Position numbers and translations under genes: made by a program. From positions 1 through 52,528 of the forward strand of contig JBBRLQ010000044.1 in assembly GCA_038231275.1 (NCBI GenBank): DNA of 52,528 nt, written 5' to 3'. Shown here piece by piece: positions 30,398-41,603 of the stretch (positions are counted from its first letter, which is position 1; each line of letters begins with the position of its first letter). This stretch comes from Polyangiales bacterium. GTDB lineage: Bacteria > Myxococcota_A > Polyangia > Polyangiales > Polyangiaceae. The notes under the pieces were generated by a model. That model had not been told where the DNA came from and did no database searches. It saw only the letters and a program-made list of their open reading frames with translations.

Positions 30398-33300
30398 TTC
30401 GTCCCCCGCACGTCCGCGCCCGGCTGGAGCCGCACGCCTTTGTGGAGGAGCGAGTCCATGCGCTGAATCCACGCGCGCCACGCCGGGTATTTGTCCGGCG
30501 GAATCAGGTCGAGATCGAACACCACGTTCCTCTTGATCACGACGACGCGAGGATCTTTCGCGTCGCGGGCGAACTCCAGGTGGGCTTTGCCGAACTCGCC
30601 GCCGTTCTCGTCGCCGCCGGGCGGGAGCTCTCCCCAGTGGAAGCCCGGCGGCGCGACGACGCGGATCGTGCGGTTGTTGTGGCTCGGCGCGAAGAACGGC
30701 GGGAGGCTCACCGGCTGCGTGCGCACCACGAGCGGCGCGATCTGCGACGCGAGCGTCTGGCTCGGCGAGATGGGGACGACGAGGTCCCCTTGCTCGTGCC
30801 GCGCGAGCCCGTCGGAGTGCGCCTTGTAGCCGACCTTCGCCTGGCCGCCGGGCAGGTCGCCGTCGAAGTCGACCTTCTTGTCGACCTCCACCGTCGGAAA
30901 CCACCCGCCAACGAGGTTGTCCTCGACGTACTGCATGCGCCCGTCCGGCTGCCCCGCGTACGTGCGCAGCCAGAACGCGCCGTCGCCGGTGTGACGCTCT
31001 TCGCCGACGAGATCGCCGGAGCCGTCGCCGTGCAGCGTGATCGTCCAATTCACGTCGGCGCCGTGATCGTCGGGCGAGCTCGACGGCAGGCGCACGATCT
31101 CGGCGGGCCCGTCCATGCGCAGCGCCGTCGCGCGGGCGTCCATCGACGGGATCGGGCCGAGGCGCGATTGCGGGCTCGTCGCGTCGAGGTAGGTGCCTCC
31201 ATTCGGGCCGGGGAGAAATGCGATGCCGTGATCGAACATCGGGATCGCGGTGTTCTTCGCGAGGACGACCGACGGCATGTTCGTCATGCGCGTCTGCACC
31301 ATGACCTCCTGCGCCTCGATGCCGACGCTGCGAAGGAGCGTGATGAGGAGCATCGCCTTGTCGTCGCAGTCGCCTTCGCGACGCGCGAGGAGCTGCTGCG
31401 GACGGTTCGGGAGCCACCACTCGCCGGAGACGTAGTTCACGTAGCGGATCTGGTCGGCGACGAAGTTGAAGAGCGCGCGGAGCTTCTCGTCCTTCGTGCG
31501 CTTGCCCTTCGTGAGCTCGGCGGCGAGGCGCCGCACCTCGGCGTCGGGCTCGGTGAAGCCGCGGATCGCCTCGGCGTACCAGGTCCGGAAATCGCCCCAC
31601 GACTTGAACGTCGAGCCGACGACCACCGGCACGAGCTCGCTCATCTGCGGCGCCAGCGGCTCCTCGGGGATGACGACCGGCTTGTCCCAGACGAGCTCGA
31701 TGATGTGCCGGCCGTTCTCGTCCTTCTCGGTGCGCTTCTGCGCCTGGCCGTTGATGACGTCGACGTAGAGCGGGTGCGACGTCGGCGCGATGATGACGTC
31801 CTGGTTGTAGAGGAGCGGGTGCGTACTCGGCGCGCCGGCGTAGTCGAGGAAGTAGAACGGCGCGTCGCCCCGGCCACCGACGGCGGTGCTCGTCCAGTTG
31901 CGGATCGCGACCTCGACGACGTCACCGGGCGCGAGATCGGGCCAGCGGATCCGCGGACGTCGCCCTTCGTTGTGCTCCTCGGTCGGGAACGCCGTGCCGC
32001 CGTCCTTCCGGTACACGCGCGCGCGGAGGATCTCGGTCAAGTCTCCCTCGGCGGGGATGTCCTCGAAGAGCTCGTTCTGCGTGCGCGGCGCGATGACGAT
32101 CTCGCGCGCGTAGTGAATGAGCTGCGAGACGCGGTTGTCGGGCTGCATGATGACCGCGCGGAGAAAATGCAGATCGCGCGCGGAGACGTCCTGCGCGCCC
32201 TTGGCGAGCGCACCTTGGCGACGCGCGAGGATCGTCGCGATCGGCGTGATGTACTTCTCGTCCTCGCGCGATTCGGGCTCGGCGTCGGCCGCCGCGCGGA
32301 GCTTCATCTCGGCGCGCGTGCGGGCGTCGCCGGGGGAGAGCTCGCGCGCGCGACGGAGCGCGGCGAGGACGGGCGAGCCGGCGCCGCGCGCGGCCTCGGG
32401 AACGAGCGCGATCTCGTCGGCGAGGCCGGTCCACGTGTCGGGCCGGTTCGGCGCCCATTCGACGAGCTTCGCGAACAGCGCGCGGGCCACGTCGTGCGCG
32501 CCGGCGCGGGAGACGTCGTGCGCGATGCGAAGCGCCTCGTCGGCGTCGTCGAGACTGCCGTCGAACACGAGCTTGGCGGCCTGGACCACGCCCTCGCGTC
32601 CGGTCTGCGAGCGCGCCGCGACTAGGTGAGAGCCGGCGAGACCGCGCCGCGCGAGCTCCTCGCTGGCCTCGAGCGCGAGCTTGGGATCGTACGCGGCCGC
32701 GGCGACGACGAGATCGCTCATCATCGCGTTCGGCGCGGCCTTTGGATTCGCGCGGAAGAACGCCGTCACGTCACGCAGCGATTTGGTGCGCAGCGCGTCG
32801 GTGCCGAGCCCGTCGTCGATGTGCGCGCGAATCAGCACGGCCTCGGCGTCGCTCGCCTCGAGCTTGGCGCCGCGCATCGCGGCCATCGCCCAGTCGACCA
32901 TCTTGGCGGTGAGGTGCTCGGCGATGATGCGGCGATCGACGAACGCCCTCGTCTTCGCGTCGTTCTCCTTGGCGGAGCGATCGCGCGCGAGGTTCAGCCA
33001 GCCGCTGCGGTTCGCGCCGGAGGGGGCGACCCAGCCGGCCATCGCGAGACGATCGGCGTCGAGATCCTTCTTGCGCGTGAGCGCGTCGAGCAGGCCCGGC
33101 GCGCGCGGGCTCTTCGCGTCGTCGGCGCCGCCGAGCGTCCGGAGGACCACGGCGTCGAGCACCTGCTCGGGATCGGCGCCGGCGTCGACGACGAGCGCGC
33201 GCGACAAAGGCGTCGACTCTTTGCTTACGCGCGTCTTGCCGGCCGGCGCGAGGCCGCGCAGATCGGGGCTCGTCTCCAGCGTGAGCGGCTCGCCCTTCGC

Positions 33301-34140
33301 GTCCGTGAGGCGCATTCGAACGCGTCCCTCGTCGGGCAGCGCGCCGGTGCAAATTTTCGCCCAAATGACGTGATTCCCTGCCGTCGCGTCCACACGACCC
33401 GCGAGCCGATCGAGCGTCGCCTTTGTCGCGATCTCGTCGGCGCGCCCGATCTCGAGCGCGTCGAACATGAGCCGCACGCTCCCGGTCGCCGCGAGGTGCA
33501 CGACGATCGGCTGCGCCTTGTCGACGGTGACGCGCGACGCGACGATCGAGCAGCTCTCCCGTCGCGGGTGAACGAAGAGATCGAGCGGCACGCCGCGCGC
33601 GGTGACGTACGACGCCGGCAGCGCGCGCCACGTGACCTCCACGGTGCCCCACGAGTAACCCACCTTCTGATCCGAGAACGTCGCGCCCGGCGCCTCGGGC
33701 CCTTCCTTCGCAGCGAGGCCGCCGCCGGTGTCCCGGAATGGACCGAGCAGCGCCATGCCCGTCACGAGACCGCGCGCGCGATCGGCGCTGCTCCCGGCGG
33801 CCGATCCCTCGTCGGCGGCGAGCGCGCGCGCGGCGAGCTTTGCTTCTTCGCGAACGTCGGCTGCGAGAGAGGTGACCTCGCCGATCTCCTCGAGCACGCG
33901 CCGCGCCTTTCCGTAGGTGCCGCGCGACTCGAGCGCGCCGATTGTCGCGATGGCTGCCAGCACGTCGCGCTCGGTCGCCTTGGGCGCGTTCGCGCGCGCT
34001 TTCTGCGCGTCGATCATCGCGTCCGGGGTGACCTCGGTCCACCGAGGACCAGCGACGGCGGCTCCGGCGTGCGGCACGCCGAGGGCGAGGGACGAGAGGC
34101 CCGCGAGGGCACCGAAGTACGCGAAGGTTCGTCGGCTCAT
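30394..34140 (-). CDS. secreted TPR + DUF3857 + transglutaminase-core protein
   Basis: Signal peptide; LAPGDVVE, IRY, REGDCDDKA, FDHGI, YLDAT triad. Confidence 0.87.
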   Translation of the reverse strand: MSRRTFAYFGALAGLSSLALGVPHAGAAVAGPRWTEVTPDAMIDAQKARANAPKATERDVLAAIATIGALESRGTYGKARRVLEEIGEVTSLAADVREEAKLAARALAADEGSAAGSSADRARGLVTGMALLGPFRDTGGGLAAKEGPEAPGATFSDQKVGYSWGTVEVTWRALPASYVTARGVPLDLFVHPRRESCSIVASRVTVDKAQPIVVHLAATGSVRLMFDALEIGRADEIATKATLDRLAGRVDATAGNHVIWAKICTGALPDEGRVRMRLTDAKGEPLTLETSPDLRGLAPAGKTRVSKESTPLSRALVVDAGADPEQVLDAVVLRTLGGADDAKSPRAPGLLDALTRKKDLDADRLAMAGWVAPSGANRSGWLNLARDRSAKENDAKTRAFVDRRIIAEHLTAKMVDWAMAAMRGAKLEASDAEAVLIRAHIDDGLGTDALRTKSLRDVTAFFRANPKAAPNAMMSDLVVAAAAYDPKLALEASEELARRGLAGSHLVAARSQTGREGVVQAAKLVFDGSLDDADEALRIAHDVSRAGAHDVARALFAKLVEWAPNRPDTWTGLADEIALVPEAARGAGSPVLAALRRARELSPGDARTRAEMKLRAAADAEPESREDEKYITPIATILARRQGALAKGAQDVSARDLHFLRAVIMQPDNRVSQLIHYAREIVIAPRTQNELFEDIPAEGDLTEILRARVYRKDGGTAFPTEEHNEGRRPRIRWPDLAPGDVVEVAIRNWTSTAVGGRGDAPFYFLDYAGAPSTHPLLYNQDVIIAPTSHPLYVDVINGQAQKRTEKDENGRHIIELVWDKPVVIPEEPLAPQMSELVPVVVGSTFKSWGDFRTWYAEAIRGFTEPDAEVRRLAAELTKGKRTKDEKLRALFNFVADQIRYVNYVSGEWWLPNRPQQLLARREGDCDDKAMLLITLLRSVGIEAQEVMVQTRMTNMPSVVLAKNTAIPMFDHGIAFLPGPNGGTYLDATSPQSRLGPIPSMDARATALRMDGPAEIVRLPSSSPDDHGADVNWTITLHGDGSGDLVGEERHTGDGAFWLRTYAGQPDGRMQYVEDNLVGGWFPTVEVDKKVDFDGDLPGGQAKVGYKAHSDGLARHEQGDLVVPISPSQTLASQIAPLVVRTQPVSLPPFFAPSHNNRTIRVVAPPGFHWGELPPGGDENGGEFGKAHLEFARDAKDPRVVVIKRNVVFDLDLIPPDKYPAWRAWIQRMDSLLHKGVRLQPGADVRGTK

Positions 34141-34390
34141 GAAGGTCTGAAACGTCTACTACGCTCGGCATGGACTAAGGAGCAGAAGTCAGGCGCGTGG
34201 CGTGTGATCGCGGTGAGCACAGGGACGGCCAGGATCCGTCGAGGGTGGATCCTTCTCGCTCCCCGGTTGACCGCCCTCGCGAGTGCTCGCGCGTGGCTCC
34301 GTCGTAACTCGTCGAAACTCATATCAACGCACGTTGGCCTACATCGTGCTGAAGAGGTCGGTACACCCCCCTAACCGGAGAACCTTCACC

Positions 34391-35212
34391 ATGAACCTCT
34401 TCACCCGCGCCGCCGTCCTCGCCGCTACTTTCGGTGCCATCGCCGCTTGCACAGTGACCTCGACGACCAGCGGGACCTCTGGAGGGACCAGCGGGAGCTC
34501 CGGCGCCACCTCCGAGCAGCTCAGTCGCTGCCACGGCGGGTGCGACAAGATGAAGTTCTTCCAGTGCAGCTCCGCCGCCGAGCTCTCCAGGTGCTACTCG
34601 GACTGCGACTCCGCGCAGCCCAAAGCGATCGACGTCTTCATCGCGTGTGCCGATAACTCCATCTGCGATCCGGCCTGCCGCACCAACATCACGCCCGCCC
34701 CCACCGGCTCGAGCAGTGGCGGATCCGGCGGCGGTGGCGCGTCCGCGTCGTCGTGCCAGACCGCATGCACCAAGCTCATCACCACGTGCAACCTCCTGCC
34801 GGTCGGCCAGATGCAGCCGTGCCTCGATGCCTGCACCAAGAACGGCTACCAGTACCAAATCGACTGCGTCGCGAACACCGCGTGCGGCGACATCGCATCG
34901 CGCTGTGGGGGCTCGACGACCGGCGGCGGGAGCAGCGGCAGCACGTCGGGCGGCACGAGCAGCGGCGGCAGCAGCGGCAGCACCTCGGGCGGCAGCGGCG
35001 ACGGGGGAGCGTTCGATCCGGGTCTCTCGCAGTGCCAGACCAACTGCGACTTCCTCCACACGCGCCAGTGCCTGACCGCCACCGAGCAAAGCACCTGCCG
35101 CTCGGCCTGCGCATCGGTCACCGGCGCGAAGCGCGACACGTTCAACGGTTGCGCGAACGGAGCCGCCGACTGCCCGGCCGCGCACGATTGCTTCGCGGTC
35201 TACACGCAGTAA
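34391..35212 (+). CDS. Cys-rich lipoprotein with three helical Cys repeats
   Basis: Lipobox IAAC; three C-x3-C...C-x3-C units joined by Ser/Gly linkers. Confidence 0.8.
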   Translation: MNLFTRAAVLAATFGAIAACTVTSTTSGTSGGTSGSSGATSEQLSRCHGGCDKMKFFQCSSAAELSRCYSDCDSAQPKAIDVFIACADNSICDPACRTNITPAPTGSSSGGSGGGGASASSCQTACTKLITTCNLLPVGQMQPCLDACTKNGYQYQIDCVANTACGDIASRCGGSTTGGGSSGSTSGGTSSGGSSGSTSGGSGDGGAFDPGLSQCQTNCDFLHTRQCLTATEQSTCRSACASVTGAKRDTFNGCANGAADCPAAHDCFAVYTQ

Positions 35213-35269
35213 CGGCCGAGCCGCTCCGGCGGGAGGCATAGTACGGGAGGCATAGTAGAAGAGGAGGCG

Positions 35270-36169
35270 ATGGGGCCTGCCTCGACGAAGAGCGCCGCGT
35301 GTGGGGGGATCCTCCTCTCCGCGGCGCTCTTTGCGTGCCGGCGTACACCGTCGCTCGAGACCGACGCCGCGATCGCGGCCGCGCCCGATCCGGTCGTCGC
35401 GGGCATGGACGCTTCGTTGGGCGGCTCCGGCGTTGGTTCTGCCACCACGACACCCGCCGAGCGCGAGAGGCTCGACGCCGGTGGCGATCTCCTCGAGCTC
35501 GCGGTACCGGGCTACGAGGATGCCTTCGTGTCCGCTCCCAACGGATCGGTGGGGGCGCGTCCTGTCGTGGTCGCGCCCCATGGCGTCGGCGACCGGCCCG
35601 ACTGGCAGTGCAACGAGTGGCGTCGCCTCGTCGGGCCGACGGCGTGGGTGGTCTGCCCGCGCGGCATCGTCAGCGAACGCTGGACGACCCGCGGCGACAC
35701 GCGCTGGACCTGGCACGGACCTCCCTACATGAAGAAGGAGATCGAGGCCGCCGTCGTCGCGCTGTACGAGCGGTTCGGCGAGCGCGTCGACGTGACCGGG
35801 ATGGTCTACGGCGGCTTCTCGTATGGCGCTGCGAACGGCGTCGCGATTGTGGCCAAAGAGGCGTCGCGCTTCCCCTATGTGGTGCTCACCGAGGGCGGCG
35901 CCGACCGCTGGACCGTGGACCTCGCGAAGGACTTCGTGAAGCACGGCGGCAAGCGCGTGCTCTTCGTGTGCGGCCAGGCGAGCTGCGTCGTCGAGGCCGA
36001 GCGCGCCGCCGGGATGATCCGCCCGTCCGGGGTCGAGACGCGCGTCGAGTACGGAGAGGGGGAGGGGCACGGGTACGGCGGCGCCGTCGCGGCGAGGATC
36101 CGCGGTGCGTGGACGTGGGTAACGGCCGGCGACGCGAGGTGGGCCCTCGAAGGAGAGCGCGAGCGTTGA
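35270..36169 (+). CDS. alpha/beta-hydrolase-fold lipoprotein
   Basis: LFAC lipobox, PVVVAPHG, CPRG, GFSYG, GEGHGY. Confidence 0.75.
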   Translation: MGPASTKSAACGGILLSAALFACRRTPSLETDAAIAAAPDPVVAGMDASLGGSGVGSATTTPAERERLDAGGDLLELAVPGYEDAFVSAPNGSVGARPVVVAPHGVGDRPDWQCNEWRRLVGPTAWVVCPRGIVSERWTTRGDTRWTWHGPPYMKKEIEAAVVALYERFGERVDVTGMVYGGFSYGAANGVAIVAKEASRFPYVVLTEGGADRWTVDLAKDFVKHGGKRVLFVCGQASCVVEAERAAGMIRPSGVETRVEYGEGEGHGYGGAVAARIRGAWTWVTAGDARWALEGERER

Positions 36170-36364
36170 GGGACAGGCACCGGAAGCGACAGACGGCGAC
36201 AGGCTGGTGAAGTGGGCCACAAAAGTGAAGGCGAGCCCGTCGTGGCCTTGGATTGTTCGATGGAAGATGAGAGCCTCATCCATTGAACTAAAGCGGAGTT
36301 CGCTCTCACCCAACTGGGCAGGCGGTCAACGCTCACCCCCACGGGGGCTTTGGAGGATTTAAGC

Positions 36365-38986
36365 ATGCGAGGCTCCTGGCTTGCACTAAGCGCGGTTGTT
36401 GTCTTGGGTTCTGCGGGTCTGATCGCCGCGTGCGGTTCCAGCGGAGACCCGGCGGTGTTCACCGACGACAGCGGGGCCGGCGATGGAACGTCACCGATTC
36501 AACCCGGAGACGACAGCGGCAACATCTTCGGCGGCGACTCCTCCTCGGATGGCAGCCCCACGACGTGTACGCCAAAGACGTGTCAGCAGCTCGGCGTGAG
36601 CTGCGGCCCGCAAGGCGACGGCTGCGGCAACATCATCCAGTGCGGCGACTGCACCGCGCCCCAGACGTGCGGCGGCGGCGGAACTCCGAGCGTGTGCGGC
36701 GGAACGGCGGCGTGCATCCCCAAGACCTGCCAGCAGCTGAACGCGACCTGCGGCGCGCAAGGTGACGGCTGCGGCGGCGTCATCGCAACCTGCGGCACAT
36801 GCACCGCGCCGCAGATTTGCGGCGGCGCCGTCCCCAACCAGTGCGGCGGCCTCGCGGGCGGCGACGGCGGCTCGTGCCTCCCGACGAAGACGACCTGCGC
36901 GCCCGGCGACTGCGGGTTCATCTCCAACGGGTGCGGCAACGTCCTCAACTGCGGCGCCTGCACCGCGCCAGCGATCTGCGGCTTCGGCGGCAGCAGCGTG
37001 TGCGGCGTTCCCGACGGCGGCGTCACGTGCACGCCCAAGACGTGCGCCCAGCTCGGCGTGAACTGCGGACAGGTCGCCGACGGCTGCGGCGGCCTCACGG
37101 TCAACTGCGGCGCCTGCACCGCGCCGCAATACTGCGGCGGCGGCGGCAACAACATCTGCGGTCCCACGTCGGTCACCGGCTGCGACGGCGGCACGACTAC
37201 GCTCACCGGCTACGTCTTCGATCCGGCCAACAACCTCCCTGTCTACAACGCGCTCGTGTACGTGCCGACGGGTCCCGTGCAGCCGCCGCAGACCGGCGTT
37301 GTTCCTACGCAGTGCGGGTGCACGGCGCCGCAGGCGTACGCGTCGGCGTTCACCGGCATCGACGGCAAATTCACGCTGACCAACCCGCCCACCGGCGCCG
37401 CGGTCACCGTCGTCGTGCAGCTCGGCAAGTGGCAGCGCACGTTCACCAAGGCCATCGCGTGCGGTCCGAACCCGCTCGGCGGCGGCACGGTCGGCGCGGC
37501 CGGCAACCTCACGCTCCCCAGCACGCACCTCGAAGGCAACATCCCGCGCTTCGCCATCGACACCGGCAACGTCGACTCGATGGAGTGCGTGCTCCTCAAG
37601 ATGGGCATCAAGCAAAGCGAGTTCGTCAACCCGGTGATCAGCGGCGGCTTGCCGACGGCCGTGCAGCGCGTGCACATGTACAAGGGCTCGATCGTCAGCG
37701 GCGGCGCCGTGGTCGACGGGGCCACGCCCGGAGAGTCCGCGCTCACCGAGACGGCGTCCGTGATGAACGCCTACGACGTCGTCCTCTTCCCGTGCCAGGG
37801 CGGCGCGGGCACCTACAACGCCGCGAACGGGTTCCCCAACACCCGAACCAACCTCCTCAACTACTCTGCCGTCGGTGGGCGCTTCTTCACGACGCACTTC
37901 CACTACGATCTCCTCAACGGCAACGGGAGCTTCTCCACCACCGCGAACTGGACGCTCAACAACGGCTCGTGGGGCGACCTCTACAGCGATCCGAAGTACA
38001 CCGGCATCATCGACCAGACCTTCTCGCGCGGGCAGACCCTCGCGCTGTGGCTGAACCAGCCGATCGTCTACGGCGGCACGGCGGGGCAGATCCCGGTCGG
38101 CGTCATCCGCAACGACTTCAGCTCGGTCAACGCGCCTGCGCAGCGCTGGATGTACACGGGCGGCGGCGGCGGCGGTCCTCCGGCGAACCTGCCGATCCAC
38201 TACACCTTCGACACCCCGTACAAGGCCGCGCAGAGCTGCGGCCGCGCCGTCTACAGCGACTTCCACGTCGAGAGCGAGCAGACGAACGCCGGCACCAACG
38301 GGGCGACGTTCCCGACGGAGTGCCCGGCGGGCGCGATGACCCCGCAGGAGAAGCTCCTCGAGTTCATGTTGTTCGACCTCACGTCGTGCGTGTCCCCGCC
38401 CGCGTGCGTCCCCAAGACGTGCGCGCAGCAGGGCATCACGTGCGGCCCGGCCGGCGACGGCTGCGGCGGCGTCATCGCCTCGTGCGGCGTGTGCGTCGGC
38501 AGCCAGACGTGCGGCGGCGGCGGCCCTGGCATCTGCGGCGGCCCGGTCTGCACCCCGAAGACCTGCGCACAGCAGGGCTACAACTGCGGCAAGGCCGGCG
38601 ACGGCTGCGGCGGCCAGATCGACTGCGGCACGTGCACCGTCGCAGGACAGGTGTGCGGCGGCGGCGGCGCCAATCAGTGCGGCACCGTCTCGTGCACACC
38701 GACGACCTGCGCGAAGCTCGGCGTCGCGTGCGGCCCGGTCGGCGACGGCTGCGGCAACATCATCCAATGCGGTCCGTGCACCGCGCCGGACACGTGCGGC
38801 GGCGGCGGAACGCCGGGACAGTGCGGTCACCCCAACTGCACGAAGACGACCTGCGCCGCGCAGAACGCCACGTGCGGCCCGATCTCCGACGGCTGCGGTG
38901 GCATCCTCGACTGCGGCACCTGCGTCGCCCCCGCCACGTGCGGGGGCGGCGGCGTGTCGAACCAGTGCGGCGGAGGCATCAGGTAG
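36365..38986 (+). CDS. Cys-rich repeat lipoprotein (4+4 repeats around a globular core)
   Basis: Lipobox IAAC; eight CxPxTC..CG..xDGCG..CGxC..CGGG..CG units; core starts LTGYVFDP..PVYNALVYVP (carboxypeptidase-regulatory-like). Confidence 0.88.
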   Translation: MRGSWLALSAVVVLGSAGLIAACGSSGDPAVFTDDSGAGDGTSPIQPGDDSGNIFGGDSSSDGSPTTCTPKTCQQLGVSCGPQGDGCGNIIQCGDCTAPQTCGGGGTPSVCGGTAACIPKTCQQLNATCGAQGDGCGGVIATCGTCTAPQICGGAVPNQCGGLAGGDGGSCLPTKTTCAPGDCGFISNGCGNVLNCGACTAPAICGFGGSSVCGVPDGGVTCTPKTCAQLGVNCGQVADGCGGLTVNCGACTAPQYCGGGGNNICGPTSVTGCDGGTTTLTGYVFDPANNLPVYNALVYVPTGPVQPPQTGVVPTQCGCTAPQAYASAFTGIDGKFTLTNPPTGAAVTVVVQLGKWQRTFTKAIACGPNPLGGGTVGAAGNLTLPSTHLEGNIPRFAIDTGNVDSMECVLLKMGIKQSEFVNPVISGGLPTAVQRVHMYKGSIVSGGAVVDGATPGESALTETASVMNAYDVVLFPCQGGAGTYNAANGFPNTRTNLLNYSAVGGRFFTTHFHYDLLNGNGSFSTTANWTLNNGSWGDLYSDPKYTGIIDQTFSRGQTLALWLNQPIVYGGTAGQIPVGVIRNDFSSVNAPAQRWMYTGGGGGGPPANLPIHYTFDTPYKAAQSCGRAVYSDFHVESEQTNAGTNGATFPTECPAGAMTPQEKLLEFMLFDLTSCVSPPACVPKTCAQQGITCGPAGDGCGGVIASCGVCVGSQTCGGGGPGICGGPVCTPKTCAQQGYNCGKAGDGCGGQIDCGTCTVAGQVCGGGGANQCGTVSCTPTTCAKLGVACGPVGDGCGNIIQCGPCTAPDTCGGGGTPGQCGHPNCTKTTCAAQNATCGPISDGCGGILDCGTCVAPATCGGGGVSNQCGGGIR

Positions 38987-39166
38987 CCGAGGTCGCCGCC
39001 AGCAAGAGCGCAAGGGGCCAGGGGCGTCGTCGGTAGCGCGAGCGACCGGCGCCGCCGACGGATGGGGCAGCAGCGAGGGCGATCCGCCAGAAACGGCGGG
39101 TCGCCCTCGTTTTCTTTGGCGGTTGGTGGTAGTTCGGGACCCCTCTAATTCCCGGAGGAATTCCCC

Positions 39167-40456
<1,290 letters not shown>

Positions 40457-40510
40457 AGAAGGCGTCCGTTCCCCTCGACGGACACCTGCCCACATGTCAT
40501 ACCTTGGCCC

Positions 40511-41533
40511 ATGAAATGGGGTCGGGCTGCCTTTCTTCTGTTTTACACAGTGCTTACGGCAGCTTGCGGTGGATCGGCGCCGTCGGAAGACGCGAGCTCG
40601 GAAGACGATCTCTCGGGCACGCATCGCTGGTGCGACCCGCTCGGGAGGCGAACCCATCCTCTAGTTCTGGCCGTTGAGCCTGGCGCGAAGTCGAGCCCGT
40701 GGACGGACGCGATGGGCCAGGCCCATGCGAGCGTGCACGTCCTGCTCTACCAGATGGGCGCGGGACCGATCCTCGACGGGCTCGTCGCCGCGGCGCATGG
40801 CGGCCTCGACGTTCGCGTGATCCTCGACGCGTCGCAGAAGCCGGTGAACGACAAGTGGAAGACGCAGCTCGAAGCGGCGGGCGCGAAGGTGCTCTGGAGC
40901 GATCCGCAGTTCTCGTTCATGCACGCCAAGGTGATGATCGTCGACGGGGCGGTCGCGGTGATCTCCACCGGCAACTACGCGGCGACTCAGCTCGATGCCG
41001 AGCGCAACTACGTTATGACCAATACCGATCCCCATGACGTCGCCGCACTCGGTGCGCTCTTCGACGCCGATTTTTCACGAACGTCGCCCGATCTCTCGTG
41101 CACGCGCCTCCTCGTCTCCCCGGTGAACGCGCGCGCGCGCATTCTGTCGGTCATCGGTACGGCGAAGAACGAGCTCCTCGTCGAGTCGATGCAGCTCGCC
41201 GACGCGGACGTGCGTGACGCGATCGCCGCGCGCAAGGACGCGGGCGTCGCGGTTCGTGTGATCCTCGCCGATCCGAGCTGGATCGCCGCGAACAGCGCGG
41301 CGGCCACGTTCTTGTCGGATCGCGGGATCGAGGCACGTCGGATCGTCTCGCCAAAGGTCCACGTGAAATCGATCCTCGTCGACGGCAAAGTCGCCTACGC
41401 CGGCTCCGAGAATCTCAGCCAGACGTCGCTCGACAAGAATCGAGAGGTCGGCCTCCTCGTGACCGAGAAGGCGAACGTGGCCGAGATGCACGCGACCTTC
41501 GAGACCGACTGGGCCGCCGCCACGGCGTTCTAG
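40511..41533 (+). CDS. phospholipase D family lipoprotein
   Basis: Lipobox TAAC; two HKD motifs (HAKVMIVD..STGN, HVKSILVD..GSEN). Confidence 0.87.
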   Translation: MKWGRAAFLLFYTVLTAACGGSAPSEDASSEDDLSGTHRWCDPLGRRTHPLVLAVEPGAKSSPWTDAMGQAHASVHVLLYQMGAGPILDGLVAAAHGGLDVRVILDASQKPVNDKWKTQLEAAGAKVLWSDPQFSFMHAKVMIVDGAVAVISTGNYAATQLDAERNYVMTNTDPHDVAALGALFDADFSRTSPDLSCTRLLVSPVNARARILSVIGTAKNELLVESMQLADADVRDAIAARKDAGVAVRVILADPSWIAANSAAATFLSDRGIEARRIVSPKVHVKSILVDGKVAYAGSENLSQTSLDKNREVGLLVTEKANVAEMHATFETDWAAATAF

Positions 41534-41603
41534 CCTTCAGCTTCTGCTCTAGCCCCGCGCCGCCTGTGGTACACCTTCGCCCGAAAAACGAAGGAGTATC
41601 CCC

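Noticed and set aside
40511..41533. PLD as a defence nuclease
   Set aside because: Has a lipoprotein signal, two HKD motifs and no helicase/MTase partner.
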